Shown in pieces: positions 1-11,629 of a DNA stretch of 64,000 nt. Position numbers and translations under genes: made by a program. This DNA is from an uncultured candidatus Porisulfidus sp. (GTDB lineage: Bacteria > Pseudomonadota > Gammaproteobacteria > Poriferisulfidales > Oxydemutatoraceae). The DNA lies in contig OZ244052.1 of the NCBI GenBank assembly GCA_965215125.1, forward strand, positions 640,001 to 704,000, written 5' to 3'. Position 1 is the stretch's first letter. Each line of letters starts with the position of its first letter. Below the pieces are notes generated by a model. It saw only the letters and a program-made list of their open reading frames with translations, was not told the origin of the DNA and searched no databases.

Positions 1-3000
1 ACCATGATCGACACACCGCTCTCCAGCCAGTTTTGTTCCACCAATTCTAAGCGTGCATAACCACCGTTGAACAGCCGCTTGAAGATAGCACCGAGCTTAT
101 CGTTGATCTGCTCGAAGGTATTTTTGAATTTTTCTTTGCTCTCGCGATCGATCTTGCTAATTGCTTGCCGTATAGACTCGAGTGCCGAAACCAGGTCTTG
201 ATTTTGATTGTCTAAATACGATTTGCGTTCGTTCAATTCTTCAAATTCTTCTATCGCAATCAGATTGATGGAACCCATACGGCTGATTTTCTGTTCCACC
301 TTTTCGAGATCGGTACGAACCTGTGTTATATCTTCGGTTGCCTCGCTATTGACAAGTTGTTCCGGCGCCGAATCGACATCCGACAGTTTCTGTCGTAAGT
401 CGTTGCAACGCGCCACCGCTGCTTGGTGTGAACCATGCCGTTGTTCGTGCTGTGCTTGCATATTTTCTCTAGCTTCATGCAACGATTTATGTTGTGCTTC
501 CAATTCGTGTATTTGTGATTGGCTATCCTTTAGTGTTGTATTACATTCGGAAATCGTTGCTTCGAGTTCCTCTCTTCGGTTGATCAATCCTTGAATCTCC
601 GCTTGCCGTTGAGCAATGGGTTCACGCGAGTTTTGTGTAGCCGCCTTCATCGCTTCGCGTTGATGTATTAAATCGGTGCGTTGTTGCCGGTTCTGTTCCA
701 ACGCTTCGTCCAAGCCTTTGAGTTCGGTAATCAAAGAATGTTGCTCTATTTCTATTTCGTGGAGTTGCCGTTGTTGTTCGGAGATCCGATTTCTAGTTGC
801 CGCAACCGCTTCTTCGCTTTCTACACGCTGTTGCTCAAGCACACTACCGCTACTGTCGTGTCCGGATGCCAGAGCCGTAGCTTGTTCGTAATCCTTTTGC
901 AATGCCTCGCTCTGTTTACGCATATCGGTTTCTCGTTCGCTCAACCGATTCAATTCACTGTCTAGATTTTGCATTAAATCGTTTTCTTGTTTAATCTTGA
1001 TTTCGGTTTGCTGCATTTGTAATTTAATATCGGAGATATCATTCATACAAGTTTGAAGTTTGAGGCGTGTTTGCTCGCGTCCTTCTTCACAAACCTGCAA
1101 GCGATTACGCAACGACGATGTTTGCGCCTGTAAATCGTTTACTTTTTTATCCGCAGTTGTGATCTCGCTTTGTAGTTGTTCTATTTCGCGGCGTCTGGAC
1201 AACATTCCGTTGTGTTCGTAGTTTCTGTGCAGTTGCATCCAGTGCTTGCCTAGCCATAGACCTCCGGCGGTTATCAATGATTCGTGGGAGGCAAGCCGAG
1301 CCCGTCGTTGCATTGCGAGTTCCGAATTATCCGCTATATAAATATGAGCCAATAAAGCCTGTATTGCAGTGCTGTTTTTGATTTTAGTAGCAAGAGAGTC
1401 TTGCGGTATATCGGCAGGTGGCATGGCGGGTTCAATCATCGTCAATCGCCCGGACTTTATTTCCGAGGAAGTCTTTATATAGTTATCGAGCGCGTCTACT
1501 TCCATGCCACTTAGCTTATAACCGAGCACCTGCTCTACGGCTTTCTCCCAACCCGCTTCTACCTCTAAATAGTCCACCACTTTTTTGACATCGGATAGAC
1601 TATTTTTTTGCAGCCAATCGGTAAAACCTTCAGGTGCTTGTTCCGCTTCCTCTTCTTGTAATGCTTTCAGCGATGCGAGTCTGCCGCGTAGATTCTGCAC
1701 ATAAATACCGGCTTCGTGGGTATCTTTCAGAGTACCGTCGATTTGAGATTGCAGTTTCACAGCCTCGTCGGTATGATCCCGAATGCCTTGCTCGTGTAGT
1801 GATAAAGTTTGTTCTAAAGTTTGCAGTTCGTGCTGTTCTTGTTTGAGTTGCGCTTTTGCCGTATCCGGTTTTATCGCTGCCCGCCGTTCGGTTATTTCCG
1901 ATATTCGGCTTTGTATATTATCAAGTCCTTTGACGCAATAGTCTATCTTGACGCGATAGACCTCTACGTTATCCAACACTTCCTTGCCGCTGCTATGGTG
2001 GCTATCCCATTCAAATCTCAGTTGACTTTGCTTTTGTTCCGCCTCGTTAAGTTGCCGTTGGTACGTTGCCATCTTATCGTTTGCTTGTACGATACTCTGT
2101 TCCACAGTTTGTAGTTTCTGCCGTAATTGTGCCCTCCTTCGCTCCTGCTCTTGATCGCGAGTTTCGCATTTTTGTATTGCTTGTTCTATCGCTTCCTGCT
2201 CTTGAGAAAGTTGCTCTGCATTTTTACGGCGGTTTGCGATATCTTGCTCTATGCCGGCGATCTCTGTGTTGAGCGCGTAGAAACGTTCACGGGTTTGATT
2301 GAGCTTTTCGTTCCATTCGTCTTGCGCTAAACGGAGTTCCTGTGTTCGGGTTTCCGATGTGGTAATCTCGGTTTGATTGCTTTCCAATTTCAACCGTAAT
2401 TCGGACAGCTGCTTTTCGTGATTCAGACGTTGTTCGTCGTATTGACGATATTCCAAAACAAGCACCCGAATACTTAATTTATGTTGTGCGTCTTTTAACT
2501 TCTTAAATCTTTCGGCATCCCCGGCCTGTCGTTTAAGTTTCCTCAGCTGCTTATCGATCTCTTCGCAAATGTCCCGTACTCGTGCAAGATTTTCACGGGT
2601 ATGACGCATCCGAGTTTCGGCATCTCGCTTACGATCGCGATATTTAGATATACCGGCGACTTCTTCTATATAAAGTCGCATCTCGTCGGGTTTAGCTTCT
2701 ATGATACGGGAAATCATCCCCTGTTCTATAATGGCATAGCCGTGTGTGCCTAAACCGGTGTTTGCAAAAATGTCGTGTATGTCGCGCCGACGACATCGTG
2801 TGTTGTTTATAAAGTACTTGGACTCTCTGTTACGATCGACGCGACGGCGTATTGAAATCTGATTATACGAAGCGTATTGTCCGCCGGCGGTATTATCGGT
2901 GTTGTCGAATAATAATTCTACCGAAGACAAGCCCATCGCCTTGCGGGCACCGGTGCCGCTAAAAATAACGTCATCTGCATAAGCCGCCCGCACCTCTCGT

Positions 3001-3155
3001 GCATCGTGTCCCAATGCCCAACTCACCGCATCGACGATATTGGATTTACCACAGCCGTTAGGACCCACGATGGCGGTAACATTTGATAGAATATCAATTG
3101 TGACTTGATCGGGAAAAGACTTAAACCCCGCTAATTTTATCTTTTCAAGTTTCAT
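1..3155 (-). CDS. smc: Chromosome segregation protein SMC (3' end runs off the left edge of the window)
   Basis: Not in the ORF track because it has no stop in the window. Read by hand from ATG at 3155: MKLEKIKLAGFKSFPDQVTI...IVGPNGCGKSNIVDAV (Walker A)...IIEQGMISRIIEAKP, then long coiled coil; left edge reads ...LFNGGYARLELVEQNWLESGVSIMV, typical of the SMC C-terminal head. Confidence 0.95.
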   Translation of the reverse strand, partial: MKLEKIKLAGFKSFPDQVTIDILSNVTAIVGPNGCGKSNIVDAVSWALGHDAREVRAAYADDVIFSGTGARKAMGLSSVELLFDNTDNTAGGQYASYNQISIRRRVDRNRESKYFINNTRCRRRDIHDIFANTGLGTHGYAIIEQGMISRIIEAKPDEMRLYIEEVAGISKYRDRKRDAETRMRHTRENLARVRDICEEIDKQLRKLKRQAGDAERFKKLKDAQHKLSIRVLVLEYRQYDEQRLNHEKQLSELRLKLESNQTEITTSETRTQELRLAQDEWNEKLNQTRERFYALNTEIAGIEQDIANRRKNAEQLSQEQEAIEQAIQKCETRDQEQERRRAQLRQKLQTVEQSIVQANDKMATYQRQLNEAEQKQSQLRFEWDSHHSSGKEVLDNVEVYRVKIDYCVKGLDNIQSRISEITERRAAIKPDTAKAQLKQEQHELQTLEQTLSLHEQGIRDHTDEAVKLQSQIDGTLKDTHEAGIYVQNLRGRLASLKALQEEEAEQAPEGFTDWLQKNSLSDVKKVVDYLEVEAGWEKAVEQVLGYKLSGMEVDALDNYIKTSSEIKSGRLTMIEPAMPPADIPQDSLATKIKNSTAIQALLAHIYIADNSELAMQRRARLASHESLITAGGLWLGKHWMQLHRNYEHNGMLSRRREIEQLQSEITTADKKVNDLQAQTSSLRNRLQVCEEGREQTRLKLQTCMNDISDIKLQMQQTEIKIKQENDLMQNLDSELNRLSERETDMRKQSEALQKDYEQATALASGHDSSGSVLEQQRVESEEAVAATRNRISEQQRQLHEIEIEQHSLITELKGLDEALEQNRQQRTDLIHQREAMKAATQNSREPIAQRQAEIQGLINRREELEATISECNTTLKDSQSQIHELEAQHKSLHEARENMQAQHEQRHGSHQAAVARCNDLRQKLSDVDSAPEQLVNSEATEDITQVRTDLEKVEQKISRMGSINLIAIEEFEELNERKSYLDNQNQDLVSALESIRQAISKIDRESKEKFKNTFEQINDKLGAIFKRLFNGGYARLELVEQNWLESGVSIM

Positions 3156-3194
3156 TTTCGTTGTATTAAAATAGATACCTAAAGGTTAAGAATT

Positions 3195-3590
3195 ATGTCG
3201 TATCGCAAGCCCACCAAAAATATAGAAACTTTTGACAACCCTAGAGTTGACCGTGATTATACCATTGATATAGATATTCCCGAGTTTACCTGCTTATGCC
3301 CGCTAAGCGGACAGCCTGATTTCGCTCATTTGTATCTGAGCTATATACCCGATAAATCGTGTATAGAACTAAAGAGCCTAAAAAACTATATATGGACTTT
3401 CAGGGATCGGCCGGCATTTCACGAAGCGGTCAGCAACGAGATTTTAGATCACCTCCGCTCGGCAATCGAACCTCGGTTTATGAGACTTATCGCAGACTTT
3501 AACGTGCGCGGCGGTATACAAACTTCGGTGACGGTAGAACATTGTCAAGATGGCTATGTACCCTCCACAAACCAATCTCGTATAGAATAA
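3195..3590 (+). CDS. queF: preQ1 synthase (7-cyano-7-deazaguanine reductase), short single-domain type
   Basis: [16 protein letters not shown] (catalytic Cys), ELKSLK QueF motif, FHE, FNVRGGI. Confidence 0.95.
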   Translation: MSYRKPTKNIETFDNPRVDRDYTIDIDIPEFTCLCPLSGQPDFAHLYLSYIPDKSCIELKSLKNYIWTFRDRPAFHEAVSNEILDHLRSAIEPRFMRLIADFNVRGGIQTSVTVEHCQDGYVPSTNQSRIE

Positions 3591-3597
3591 CCACGAT

Positions 3598-3674
3598 GCC
3601 CCTGTAGCTCAGTTGGATAGAGCAACGCTCTCCTAAAGCGTGGGTCGGATGTTCGAATCATCTCAGGGGCACCA
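3598..3674 (+). tRNA. tRNA-Arg(CCT)
   Basis: Acceptor stem GCCCCTG/CAGGGGC, D-arm TAGCTCAGTTGGATAGAGC, anticodon arm ACGCT-CTCCTAA-AGCGT, T-loop GTTCGAATC, encoded CCA. Confidence 0.97.
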
Positions 3675-3737
3675 TAGAACCGCCGATTAACCTACCGGCG
3701 CAAATGGCGGTTCCACTCGGTGATAATCGGCGGTTCT
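3675..3737. repeat. Palindromic repeat family 1, degenerate copy directly after tRNA-Arg CCA
   Basis: AGAACCGCCGATTA (3676-3689) and TAATCGGCGGTTCT (3724-3737) form a perfect 14-bp inverted repeat; contains CGCCGATTAACCTACCGGC resembling the family core. Confidence 0.75.
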
Positions 3738-3774
3738 GTGCTACTATATGTATCTTAAATATGGAGTATCCGAG

Positions 3775-4113
3775 ATGGCAGAACAAAATTTAGTATTCAC
3801 CGAAGCGGCTGCTACTAAAGTAAAGCATTTAATAGAAGAAGAGAAAAACGACAAATTGAAGTTGCGTGTTTTTATAACCGGCGGCGGTTGCTCCGGTTTT
3901 CAATACGGCTTTACTTTTGACGAGAACCTTCAAGAAGGCGACGCTTCGTTCGAAAAATGTGGTGTTACCTTATTGGTAGACCCGATGAGCTATCAGTACC
4001 TAAGGGGTGCCGAAATTGACTATAGCGAAGGTTTAGAAGGAGCGCAATTCGTTATCCGCAATCCGAATGCGGCAACGACCTGTGGTTGCGGTTCGTCTTT
4101 CTCGCCCGCTTAA
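3775..4113 (+). CDS. erpA: Iron-sulfur cluster insertion protein ErpA
   Basis: [17 protein letters not shown] and CGCGSSF motifs; GGAG upstream of ATG 3775; erpA-anmK-M23-tyrS synteny. Confidence 0.93.
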   Translation: MAEQNLVFTEAAATKVKHLIEEEKNDKLKLRVFITGGGCSGFQYGFTFDENLQEGDASFEKCGVTLLVDPMSYQYLRGAEIDYSEGLEGAQFVIRNPNAATTCGCGSSFSPA

Positions 4114-4121
4114 ATAGTATT

Positions 4122-5237
4122 TTATGCTTGCCGGGTGCGGTAAATAGCACCCGATAATGTCGCCTCACGCGCCCCCGTAAGCGACGAAATGATCCCATTA
4201 CGATTTTCTATACGCCGCTTGGCAAGCCACGCAAACAATATCGCTTCAACCCAATCCGGATCGACACCTCTATCCGCTGTGCTTATGACATTCATTCGTG
4301 TATGTCTGCGTAAGCAATCTATTAAATGCTTATTGTGTACTCCGCCACCGCAAACCAGCACTTCGTCGTTTTCGGTAATATACGCTTTGAGTGCATCGGC
4401 AATCGTAATCGCAGTAAATTCCACTAAAGTTGCCGCGATATTACCGAGGCTCGGCGGGTCACTTTCTTTGATATAACCCTCCAACCAATCTAGAGAAAAA
4501 TAACCTGTGCAAGTACTTTTAGGCGGAGTTTTAACAAAAAAAGGATCTGCCAACATAGCCTGCAACAGTTCCGTGTCGGGAACATGAGAAGCAGCCCATT
4601 GACCGTCGTAGTCGTAACCTTGATCATTATGTTTTCGACACCAAGCATCCAGCAAACAATTCCCGGGGCCGGTATCAAAGCCAGCGATTATTTGCTGCCC
4701 GTCCAGCACGGTGATATTGGCAATCCCGCCTATGTTGACGACTGCCTGTTTTTTATCGGCTTCTGCAAATAGTTGTGCGTGCAGTGTTGGAGCTAGAGGG
4801 GCACCTTGCCCCCCTGCAGCGATATCGGCTCGCCGAAAATCTGCAACAACAGTGATCCCGGTTTGATAAGCAACAACATTCGGATCGGCAATCTGTAGTG
4901 TCAAAGGAGTTTCATTTCCGGTGTCGTGCAAAATCGTCTGCCCGTGCAATCCTATCGCCGCAACCGCTTCACTCGGAAGTTTTTGACGGGCTATAAAATC
5001 ATTGATGCAATCGGCAAATAATTTTCCGAATGTATAATCTAATTGCACATATTCCGACAAACGACACGCAACAGACTGCATGCGTTTTGCTTGTGCGATT
5101 AAACCTTCGGCAATCGGGTAGTTTGCATGCGCCGACAACAAAGGATACTCAACGGAGAAATCAACCGCAGCGATATCAATCGCATCCATGCTGGTTCCGG
5201 ACAATGCGCCTATAAACACCTCGTTCATAACCGTCAA
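4122..5237 (-). CDS. anmK: Anhydro-N-acetylmuramic acid kinase
   Basis: SGTSMDAID, HGQT, DFRRADIAAGGQGAPLAP, NIGGIAN, FDTGPGN motifs. Confidence 0.96.
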   Translation of the reverse strand: MTVMNEVFIGALSGTSMDAIDIAAVDFSVEYPLLSAHANYPIAEGLIAQAKRMQSVACRLSEYVQLDYTFGKLFADCINDFIARQKLPSEAVAAIGLHGQTILHDTGNETPLTLQIADPNVVAYQTGITVVADFRRADIAAGGQGAPLAPTLHAQLFAEADKKQAVVNIGGIANITVLDGQQIIAGFDTGPGNCLLDAWCRKHNDQGYDYDGQWAASHVPDTELLQAMLADPFFVKTPPKSTCTGYFSLDWLEGYIKESDPPSLGNIAATLVEFTAITIADALKAYITENDEVLVCGGGVHNKHLIDCLRRHTRMNVISTADRGVDPDWVEAILFAWLAKRRIENRNGIISSLTGAREATLSGAIYRTRQA

Positions 5238-5251
5238 AGTGTCCGCAGCTG

Positions 5252-6709
5252 CTAAGGATTTTTGCCGGCTATATAAGCGTCGTCCAAAAGATGCAGTTTT
5301 TCTATAATAGGTTTGATATGCTTGTTAAAGCGGGGCAACTCCGATTTTGCCAGCGGCACGGCATCCGGTAATTTTACGGTCAACGGATTTTTATGTACGC
5401 CGTTAACTCTAAACTCATAATGCAGATGCGGTCCTGTTGAAAGACCGGTTGAACCCACATAACCGACAACCTGTCCTTGTTTAACCCAAGAACCTATGCG
5501 TTGCCTATCGGCAAACTTTGAAAGGTGCGCATAAAGCGTGCTGTAACCACCACCGTGTCGTAGGACAACGGTATTACCGTAACCGCTATAAAATTGGCGT
5601 ATAGAAATTCTTCCGTCTCCCGAAGCCCGTACCGGTGTCCCTCGTCTCGCCGCGTAATCTACACCTTTATGGGCGCGTACTCTATGAAGTATGGGGTGCA
5701 CACGCATAGGGTTAAAACGCGAGCTGATATAGGCAAACTCAAGCGGGTTTCGCAAAAAAGCCTTGCGCACCTTCCGCCCGTCGAGAAAATAGTAATCGGT
5801 GTATTCCTCGGAGTCGGTATAACGAACGATGCGATAATCCTTGCCATTATTCGTGAAGCGCAAAGCAAGTATAGGACCGTCGTCTATTTTCTTGCTACCG
5901 ACGTAGCTCTCGTAATAAATAACCGAAAAATTATCTCCTTTGCGTATATCGTAGGCAAAATCTATATCCCATTCCATGATATTGGCAATAGAAATAATCA
6001 GTTTGTCGGATAAACCTATACGCTTTGCAGATAAGTATAAAGAATCGGTAATTTCGACGGTGGCGTGTGTTTCTAACTTCTCAATTTCCAATATCTCTTC
6101 GCCGATTTCATAGCTACCGTCTTCTTGTAAGCTAATTTTATAACTCTGCAAAGGTGATATTTGATAATCGATCTCCGATAAAACTTCGTTCTTTTTCGTG
6201 AATATTATTTTTCGGCCTGCTACCAAAGAATTAAAAGGTCCTAATTTTTTGTTACTTTCCATAAGTTTTCTGATCACGCTATAGTTTCCGTACTCTTCCA
6301 GTATATGCGAGAAAGTCTCACCTGTTTTAATGGTATGCGAATATACGATATCGGGCTTGGGTTCGGTAAATATTTCCGATGATTCCGGCAAGACAGGTTG
6401 TGCAAATGCCAAAGTCGCAGTGTCACTCGCTTGTTCTGCCGTATATAGGGTTTGTTCCTCTGCCGGTGGTTCCACTATGTCCGACAAGCCGCCTCCCATT
6501 GCCGGTGTGGGACCCATTATGTTCGGCCATGCTTCTACCGATTTATTATTGAGCAAAGCGAGGAATGTATGCTCCTCAACATTGGATTCCGATGAATTCA
6601 TAGCAAGTATGAATACGGTTAGAGACAGTAACAGCATAAGCGTAATAAAAAATTTTGTTGCGCCTTTGTCCTTTGGGTGCCGATGCTGTAGAATTTGCTT
6701 ATTAATCAT
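5252..6709 (-). CDS. M23 family peptidoglycan DD-metalloendopeptidase (MepM-like)
   Basis: N-terminal TM helix; HKGVDYAA (HxxxD), YAHLS, GPHLHYE (HxH); usual position between anmK and tyrS. Confidence 0.92.
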   Translation of the reverse strand: MINKQILQHRHPKDKGATKFFITLMLLLSLTVFILAMNSSESNVEEHTFLALLNNKSVEAWPNIMGPTPAMGGGLSDIVEPPAEEQTLYTAEQASDTATLAFAQPVLPESSEIFTEPKPDIVYSHTIKTGETFSHILEEYGNYSVIRKLMESNKKLGPFNSLVAGRKIIFTKKNEVLSEIDYQISPLQSYKISLQEDGSYEIGEEILEIEKLETHATVEITDSLYLSAKRIGLSDKLIISIANIMEWDIDFAYDIRKGDNFSVIYYESYVGSKKIDDGPILALRFTNNGKDYRIVRYTDSEEYTDYYFLDGRKVRKAFLRNPLEFAYISSRFNPMRVHPILHRVRAHKGVDYAARRGTPVRASGDGRISIRQFYSGYGNTVVLRHGGGYSTLYAHLSKFADRQRIGSWVKQGQVVGYVGSTGLSTGPHLHYEFRVNGVHKNPLTVKLPDAVPLAKSELPRFNKHIKPIIEKLHLLDDAYIAGKNP

Positions 6710-6747
6710 TAGACCGAATAATTTTTTTTAGATTATAACAGAGAACG

Positions 6748-7941
6748 ATGGATATTAAAGAATTATTGCGCGGGACCGAGGAAATCATATTACTTGAGGA
6801 ACTGAAACAGCGTCTTAAACTTAATAGACCTTTGGTCGTAAAAGCAGGTTTTGATCCGACTGCTCCCGATTTACACTTGGGGCACACCGTGTTAATTAAT
6901 AAGCTACGGTATTTCCAAAACCACGGACATATCGTAAAGTTCCTCGTCGGAGATTTTACTGCGCTAATCGGCGATCCGTCGGGCCGAAATGTAACCCGCA
7001 AACCTATGTCTGCAGAGCAGATTAAAGAAAACGCAGAGAGTTACAAAAAGCAGATCTATAAGATACTTGATCCCGACAAAACAGAAATTCTTTTTAATTC
7101 TCAATGGCTCGGGAAGTTGTCGGCAGCGGAAATAGTCAAACTATCCGCCAAACACACGGTCGCCCGGATGATGGAGCGCGACGACTTCAAAAAACGTTAT
7201 AGCAAAGAACACGCCATAGGCATCCATGAGTTTTTGTACCCGCTATTTCAAGGTTACGACTCGGTTGAATTGAAGGCCGATATAGAACTCGGCGGCACCG
7301 ATCAAAAATTCAATCTACTGGTAGGCAGGGAACTACAAAAAGATTGGGGACTCGCACCGCAGATTGTTATCACGATGCCTATCCTAGAAGGGTTGGACGG
7401 CAAACAAAAAATGTCCAAATCGCTGAAGAACTATATCGGTATTGCCGAATCACACAAAGAAATGTACGGGAAACTGATGTCCGTCTCGGATCAATTAATG
7501 TGGCGTTATTTTGAGCTATTGAGCTTTAAGTCTAAAACGGAAATTGATGATTTGAGGAAATCGGTAGTCGACGGAGTAAATCCGAGAGATATTAAAATGA
7601 CGCTAGCCGAAGAGATCGTCGCTCGTTTTCACGACAAAGCCACTGCCATTGAAGCCAAAACCGATTTTCTGGCGCGCTTCAGCCGCGGACAAATACCCGA
7701 CGATATTGAACATTGCAAAGTTCATGTTAACAGCGACAGCCTAACCCTTCCCAAATTATTAAAAGAATCGTCTATGATGCGCTCTACTTCGGAAGCCAAT
7801 CGCATGATTGCACAAGGTGCCGTGCGTATAGACGGGGTCAAGGTAATATCTAGGGATGTTCATATCAAGGTAGGAACCGAGCATATATATCAAGTCGGCA
7901 AACGTAATTTCCGTCGTATCCTACTGTGCAGAAGCCGATAG
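6748..7941 (+). CDS. tyrS: Tyrosine--tRNA ligase
   Basis: [13 protein letters not shown] (HIGH-like), [14 protein letters not shown]-terminal S4 domain. Confidence 0.98.
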   Translation: MDIKELLRGTEEIILLEELKQRLKLNRPLVVKAGFDPTAPDLHLGHTVLINKLRYFQNHGHIVKFLVGDFTALIGDPSGRNVTRKPMSAEQIKENAESYKKQIYKILDPDKTEILFNSQWLGKLSAAEIVKLSAKHTVARMMERDDFKKRYSKEHAIGIHEFLYPLFQGYDSVELKADIELGGTDQKFNLLVGRELQKDWGLAPQIVITMPILEGLDGKQKMSKSLKNYIGIAESHKEMYGKLMSVSDQLMWRYFELLSFKSKTEIDDLRKSVVDGVNPRDIKMTLAEEIVARFHDKATAIEAKTDFLARFSRGQIPDDIEHCKVHVNSDSLTLPKLLKESSMMRSTSEANRMIAQGAVRIDGVKVISRDVHIKVGTEHIYQVGKRNFRRILLCRSR

Positions 7942-7969
7942 TCTATAGACATCGGATATTATCGTACAA

Positions 7970-8704
7970 ATGATTATTTCACACAAGCTAAAAGTCATCT
8001 ATATAAAACTAATCAAAGTTGCAGGCACATCGTTTGAACTAGCCTTATCAAAATACTGTGGCCCCGACGACATTCTCACACCAATAAAAGGAGGCGGTCA
8101 GAAATATCGGAAATCTTCAGGACTTCCTGAAGCACAAAATTATATGGACTCCGAAACACAGACACCCAAGTTTGTAAACCATACTTCTGCAAAGGAAATA
8201 AAAAGATTGGTAGCGGAACCTATTTGGAACGATTATCTAAAAGTTGCAACCATTCGTTGCCCTTATGATATGTTAATATCGGGATACTATTTTTTTAACG
8301 GTAGGGGAAAAAGAGCAGAAAAGGGATTCTTTGAAAAATATGTGGCTGAAACTAATCGAGAATTCAAGCCAATATATGGTCTGCACAAAAATGGAGAAAT
8401 ATTAGCAGATTTTTTAATCAGATACGAATACCTAGAGGAATATATAAAAGAACTGGAGGCAAAAATAGGTTGCCCCGAACTTCTAGAAACATTTCAAAGT
8501 ATCACTGCCAAACAAAATGTACGTTATAAAGAGAAGGCATCCAGTTGTGAGATATATTCTAAATATCCGAATGCAAAATTAATAATAGACCAACGATGTT
8601 CCGAACTGGCCGACGAGTATGAATTCTTCCAAAAATACTGGCCTCTATATAAATCCGATTTGGAAAAAGCTATGCAAAACTACGCCTCAGACACCCCACA
8701 ATAG
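7970..8704 (+). CDS. Sulfotransferase family 2-like protein (paralogue 1)
   Basis: MIISHKLKVIYIK..KVAGTS (5'-PAPS-binding-like loop), RCPYDMLISGYY (3'-PB-like), DFLIRYE; clearly paralogous to 44399-45205 and 46436-47233. Confidence 0.7.
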   Translation: MIISHKLKVIYIKLIKVAGTSFELALSKYCGPDDILTPIKGGGQKYRKSSGLPEAQNYMDSETQTPKFVNHTSAKEIKRLVAEPIWNDYLKVATIRCPYDMLISGYYFFNGRGKRAEKGFFEKYVAETNREFKPIYGLHKNGEILADFLIRYEYLEEYIKELEAKIGCPELLETFQSITAKQNVRYKEKASSCEIYSKYPNAKLIIDQRCSELADEYEFFQKYWPLYKSDLEKAMQNYASDTPQ

Positions 8705-8756
8705 TTGCACGATACGACGCACTGCATTACCTTTGAAAACAATCTTTAATATTCAA

Positions 8757-8782
8757 CTTGAAAGCGACAAAACCACCTATAT
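8757..8782 (+). promoter_or_regulatory. Putative sigma-32 (RpoH) promoter of grpE
   Basis: CTTGAAA-N11-ACCTATAT upstream of grpE; resembles the CTTGAAA...CCCCATNT consensus. Confidence 0.55.
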
Positions 8783-8825
8783 AGTAGTAGGCAAACATCG
8801 TTAATATTAAAAAGGAACCACATAA

Positions 8826-9536
8826 ATGGAAGACACAAAATCATCCTCTGATGAACAGGTCGAAAATCAACCTGAAACAAACGATTGCAACAAGGCTAAT
8901 CCGCACAAGCAGCCACAGAAAGGTGCGGATCTAAAAAAACAACAAAACCCGGAGACGCTGACCCAACCCGAACCCGATTTCACCTCCGAAATAAAGAAAC
9001 TGGAGGATCAAATAGCGGAATATTATGACCAATTAATGCGTAGTCGCGCCGAATTAGAAAATTTCAAGAAACGCACGGAACGAGAAATCACACAAATACG
9101 TAATTATGCCAACGAGCAATTCGCAATCGAACTACTAGCAATCAAAGATAGTTTGGAAATGGGTTTGCAGGTCGATATCAAGGAGGATAACAAAAAACTA
9201 CACGAAGGTATAGAGTTGACATTAAAACTACTCCAACAGACTTTTGAAAAATTCGGAATCAAAGAAATTAATCCCGAGGGAGAGATTTTTAATCCGGAAC
9301 ACCACCAAGCCATGATGACACAAACCGATACAACTAAACCACCCAATACGATATTAAATGTGTTACAGAAAGGCTACTTGATGAACGACCGTCTGTTGAG
9401 GCCGGCAATGGTCTGCGTCTCCAGTCAACCCGAAGCATCAACGCCCTCGGAAAATCCGACTTCGGAGAAGCAAGCCGAGGAAAAAGCCGAAAACACAGTA
9501 AAAAATACAAAAAACAAAGTTAAAACAAGCTCGTAA
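8826..9536 (+). CDS. grpE: Nucleotide exchange factor GrpE
   Basis: RSRAELENFKKR, FNPEHHQAM, QKGYLMNDRLLRPAMVCV; upstream of dnaK. Confidence 0.97.
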   Translation: MEDTKSSSDEQVENQPETNDCNKANPHKQPQKGADLKKQQNPETLTQPEPDFTSEIKKLEDQIAEYYDQLMRSRAELENFKKRTEREITQIRNYANEQFAIELLAIKDSLEMGLQVDIKEDNKKLHEGIELTLKLLQQTFEKFGIKEINPEGEIFNPEHHQAMMTQTDTTKPPNTILNVLQKGYLMNDRLLRPAMVCVSSQPEASTPSENPTSEKQAEEKAENTVKNTKNKVKTSS

Positions 9537-9537
9537 C

Positions 9538-9563
9538 CTTGAAAGTTTGATTTAAGCCCATAT
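9538..9563 (+). promoter_or_regulatory. Putative sigma-32 promoter of dnaK
   Basis: CTTGAAA-N11-GCCCATAT immediately upstream of dnaK. Confidence 0.65.
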
Positions 9564-9597
9564 TTAGGTTCATTATTCAATATGGAGAAAAGCGAAC

Positions 9598-11544
9598 ATG
9601 AGTAAAATTATAGGTGTTGACTTAGGCACAACCAATTCCTGCGTTGCGGTCATGGAAGGTGAAAGTGCAAAAATCATAGAAAATAGCGAAGGTGGTCGCA
9701 CCACCCCTTCAATCGTTGCTTTTTCTAAAGAAGGCGAAGTTTTAGTAGGACAATCCGCAAAACGGCAAGCGGTCACAAACCCGTCGGATACGCTATTTGC
9801 GATTAAACGGCTAATCGGACGTCGCTACGACGAAGAAGCCGTTAAAAAAGACCTAAAAATGGTTCCCTATAAAATCGTTAAATCAAAAAATAACGATGCT
9901 TGGGTTGAGGCCGGCGGGAAGCAAATGGCTCCGCCGGAAGTATCGGCACGTATTTTGATGAAAATGAAAAAAACTGCCGAGGATTATTTGGGAGAAGAGG
10001 TAAAGGAAGCAGTAATCACGGTTCCGGCATATTTTAACGACTCGCAACGACAAGCAACCAAAGATGCCGGCAAGATTGCGGGTTTAGAAGTAAAGCGTAT
10101 TATCAACGAACCGACTGCGGCAGCCCTCGCTTACGGTCTTGACAAAGCAAAAGCAGGCGACCATAAAATAGTCGTCTTTGACTTAGGCGGCGGCACTTTT
10201 GATATCTCCGTCATTGAAGTCGCCAGCGTCGAAGGCGAACAACAATTTGAAGTCCTTTCTACCAACGGTGATACTTTTTTGGGTGGAGAAGATTTTGACA
10301 CCCGTCTGATGGAGTATTTAGCCGATGAATTCAAAAAGGATCAAGGTATAGATTTGCATAACGATCCACTTGCTTTGCAGCGTCTTAAAGAAGCTGCCGA
10401 AAAAGCAAAAGTAGAACTATCATCGAGCCAACAGACCGAAATCAATCTGCCTTATATCACCGCCGACCAATCCGGACCGAAGCACCTCAATATAAAATTG
10501 ACTCGTGCCAAACTCGAATCCTTAGTAGAAGATTTAGTCAAACGAACCATAGAACCGTGCAAACAAGCCCTAAGCGATGCCAAAGTCAAAGCATCGGACA
10601 TCAGCGATGTGATTTTAGTCGGTGGGCAAACCCGTATGCCGTTGGTACAAAAATATGTTGCCGATTTCTTCGGTGCCGAACCGCGCAAAGATGTTAACCC
10701 CGACGAAGCGGTTGCTATAGGGGCTGCGATACAAGGCGGCGTTTTGGGTGGCGGCGTTAAAGATGTGTTGTTGCTCGATGTAACACCGCTATCCTTGGGC
10801 ATAGAAACACTGGGTGGCGTGATGACCAAACTAATCGAAAAAAACACCACGATCCCTACAAGCGCTTCGCAGATTTTCTCGACTGCCGAAGACCAACAAT
10901 CGGCGGTAACCGTACATGTATTGCAAGGTGAGCGCGAACGCGCTGCGACAAATAAATCACTCGGTCGTTTTGATTTGACCGATATACCACCGGCACCTAG
11001 AGGCATTCCACAAATAGAAGTCAGCTTTGACATAGATGCCAACGGAATACTCAACGTCTCGGCCAAAGATAAAGCGACCGGCAAAGAACAATCTATAATC
11101 GTTAAAGCATCGAGCGGTCTGTCCGATGAAGAGATTGAAAAAATGGTTAGCGATGCCGAACTACATGCAGAGGAAGATAAAAAATTCCAAGAACTCGTCG
11201 GCACGCGCAACCAAGCCGAAGCGTTGATACATGCGACCGAGAAGTCACTCAAAGAATTAGGAGACAAAGTTGAGGCAGACGAAAAAGAGCGCATAGAGAG
11301 TGCAATAAGTGAATTAAAAGAACTTATTAAAAATGACGACAAGGCTGCGATTGATGACGGCATACAAAAACTTGCCGAAGCATCGGGTAAACTTGCCGAG
11401 CGCGTCTATGCGGCACAACAAGAAAAACAAACCGAAGAACCCGTGTCTCAAACCGAATCGGAAAATTCATCGGATGACTCGGATAAAAAATCCGATAATA
11501 CGGTAGATGCCGAATTTGAGGAAGTTGACAACTCCAAAAAATAA
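9598..11544 (+). CDS. dnaK: Chaperone DnaK (Hsp70)
   Basis: [36 protein letters not shown]-terminal DAEFEEV. Confidence 0.99.
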   Translation: MSKIIGVDLGTTNSCVAVMEGESAKIIENSEGGRTTPSIVAFSKEGEVLVGQSAKRQAVTNPSDTLFAIKRLIGRRYDEEAVKKDLKMVPYKIVKSKNNDAWVEAGGKQMAPPEVSARILMKMKKTAEDYLGEEVKEAVITVPAYFNDSQRQATKDAGKIAGLEVKRIINEPTAAALAYGLDKAKAGDHKIVVFDLGGGTFDISVIEVASVEGEQQFEVLSTNGDTFLGGEDFDTRLMEYLADEFKKDQGIDLHNDPLALQRLKEAAEKAKVELSSSQQTEINLPYITADQSGPKHLNIKLTRAKLESLVEDLVKRTIEPCKQALSDAKVKASDISDVILVGGQTRMPLVQKYVADFFGAEPRKDVNPDEAVAIGAAIQGGVLGGGVKDVLLLDVTPLSLGIETLGGVMTKLIEKNTTIPTSASQIFSTAEDQQSAVTVHVLQGERERAATNKSLGRFDLTDIPPAPRGIPQIEVSFDIDANGILNVSAKDKATGKEQSIIVKASSGLSDEEIEKMVSDAELHAEEDKKFQELVGTRNQAEALIHATEKSLKELGDKVEADEKERIESAISELKELIKNDDKAAIDDGIQKLAEASGKLAERVYAAQQEKQTEEPVSQTESENSSDDSDKKSDNTVDAEFEEVDNSKK

Positions 11545-11629
11545 AACCGTTTGCGGATATCAAACATCCCCACCGTTTTGAACCTGCTCGGTTTTTGATT
11601 AAGCAGACAGGTTAAACGGGAGCAAGTTG

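Noticed and set aside
208-2330. Several plus-strand ORFs of 67-128 aa
   Set aside because: They are antisense shadows of the minus-strand smc gene; Ser/Cys/Leu-rich with no recognisable motifs.
10452-11363. 303-aa ORF antisense to dnaK
   Set aside because: Long antisense frames opposite hsp70 genes are a well-known by-product of codon usage; no independent evidence of a gene.
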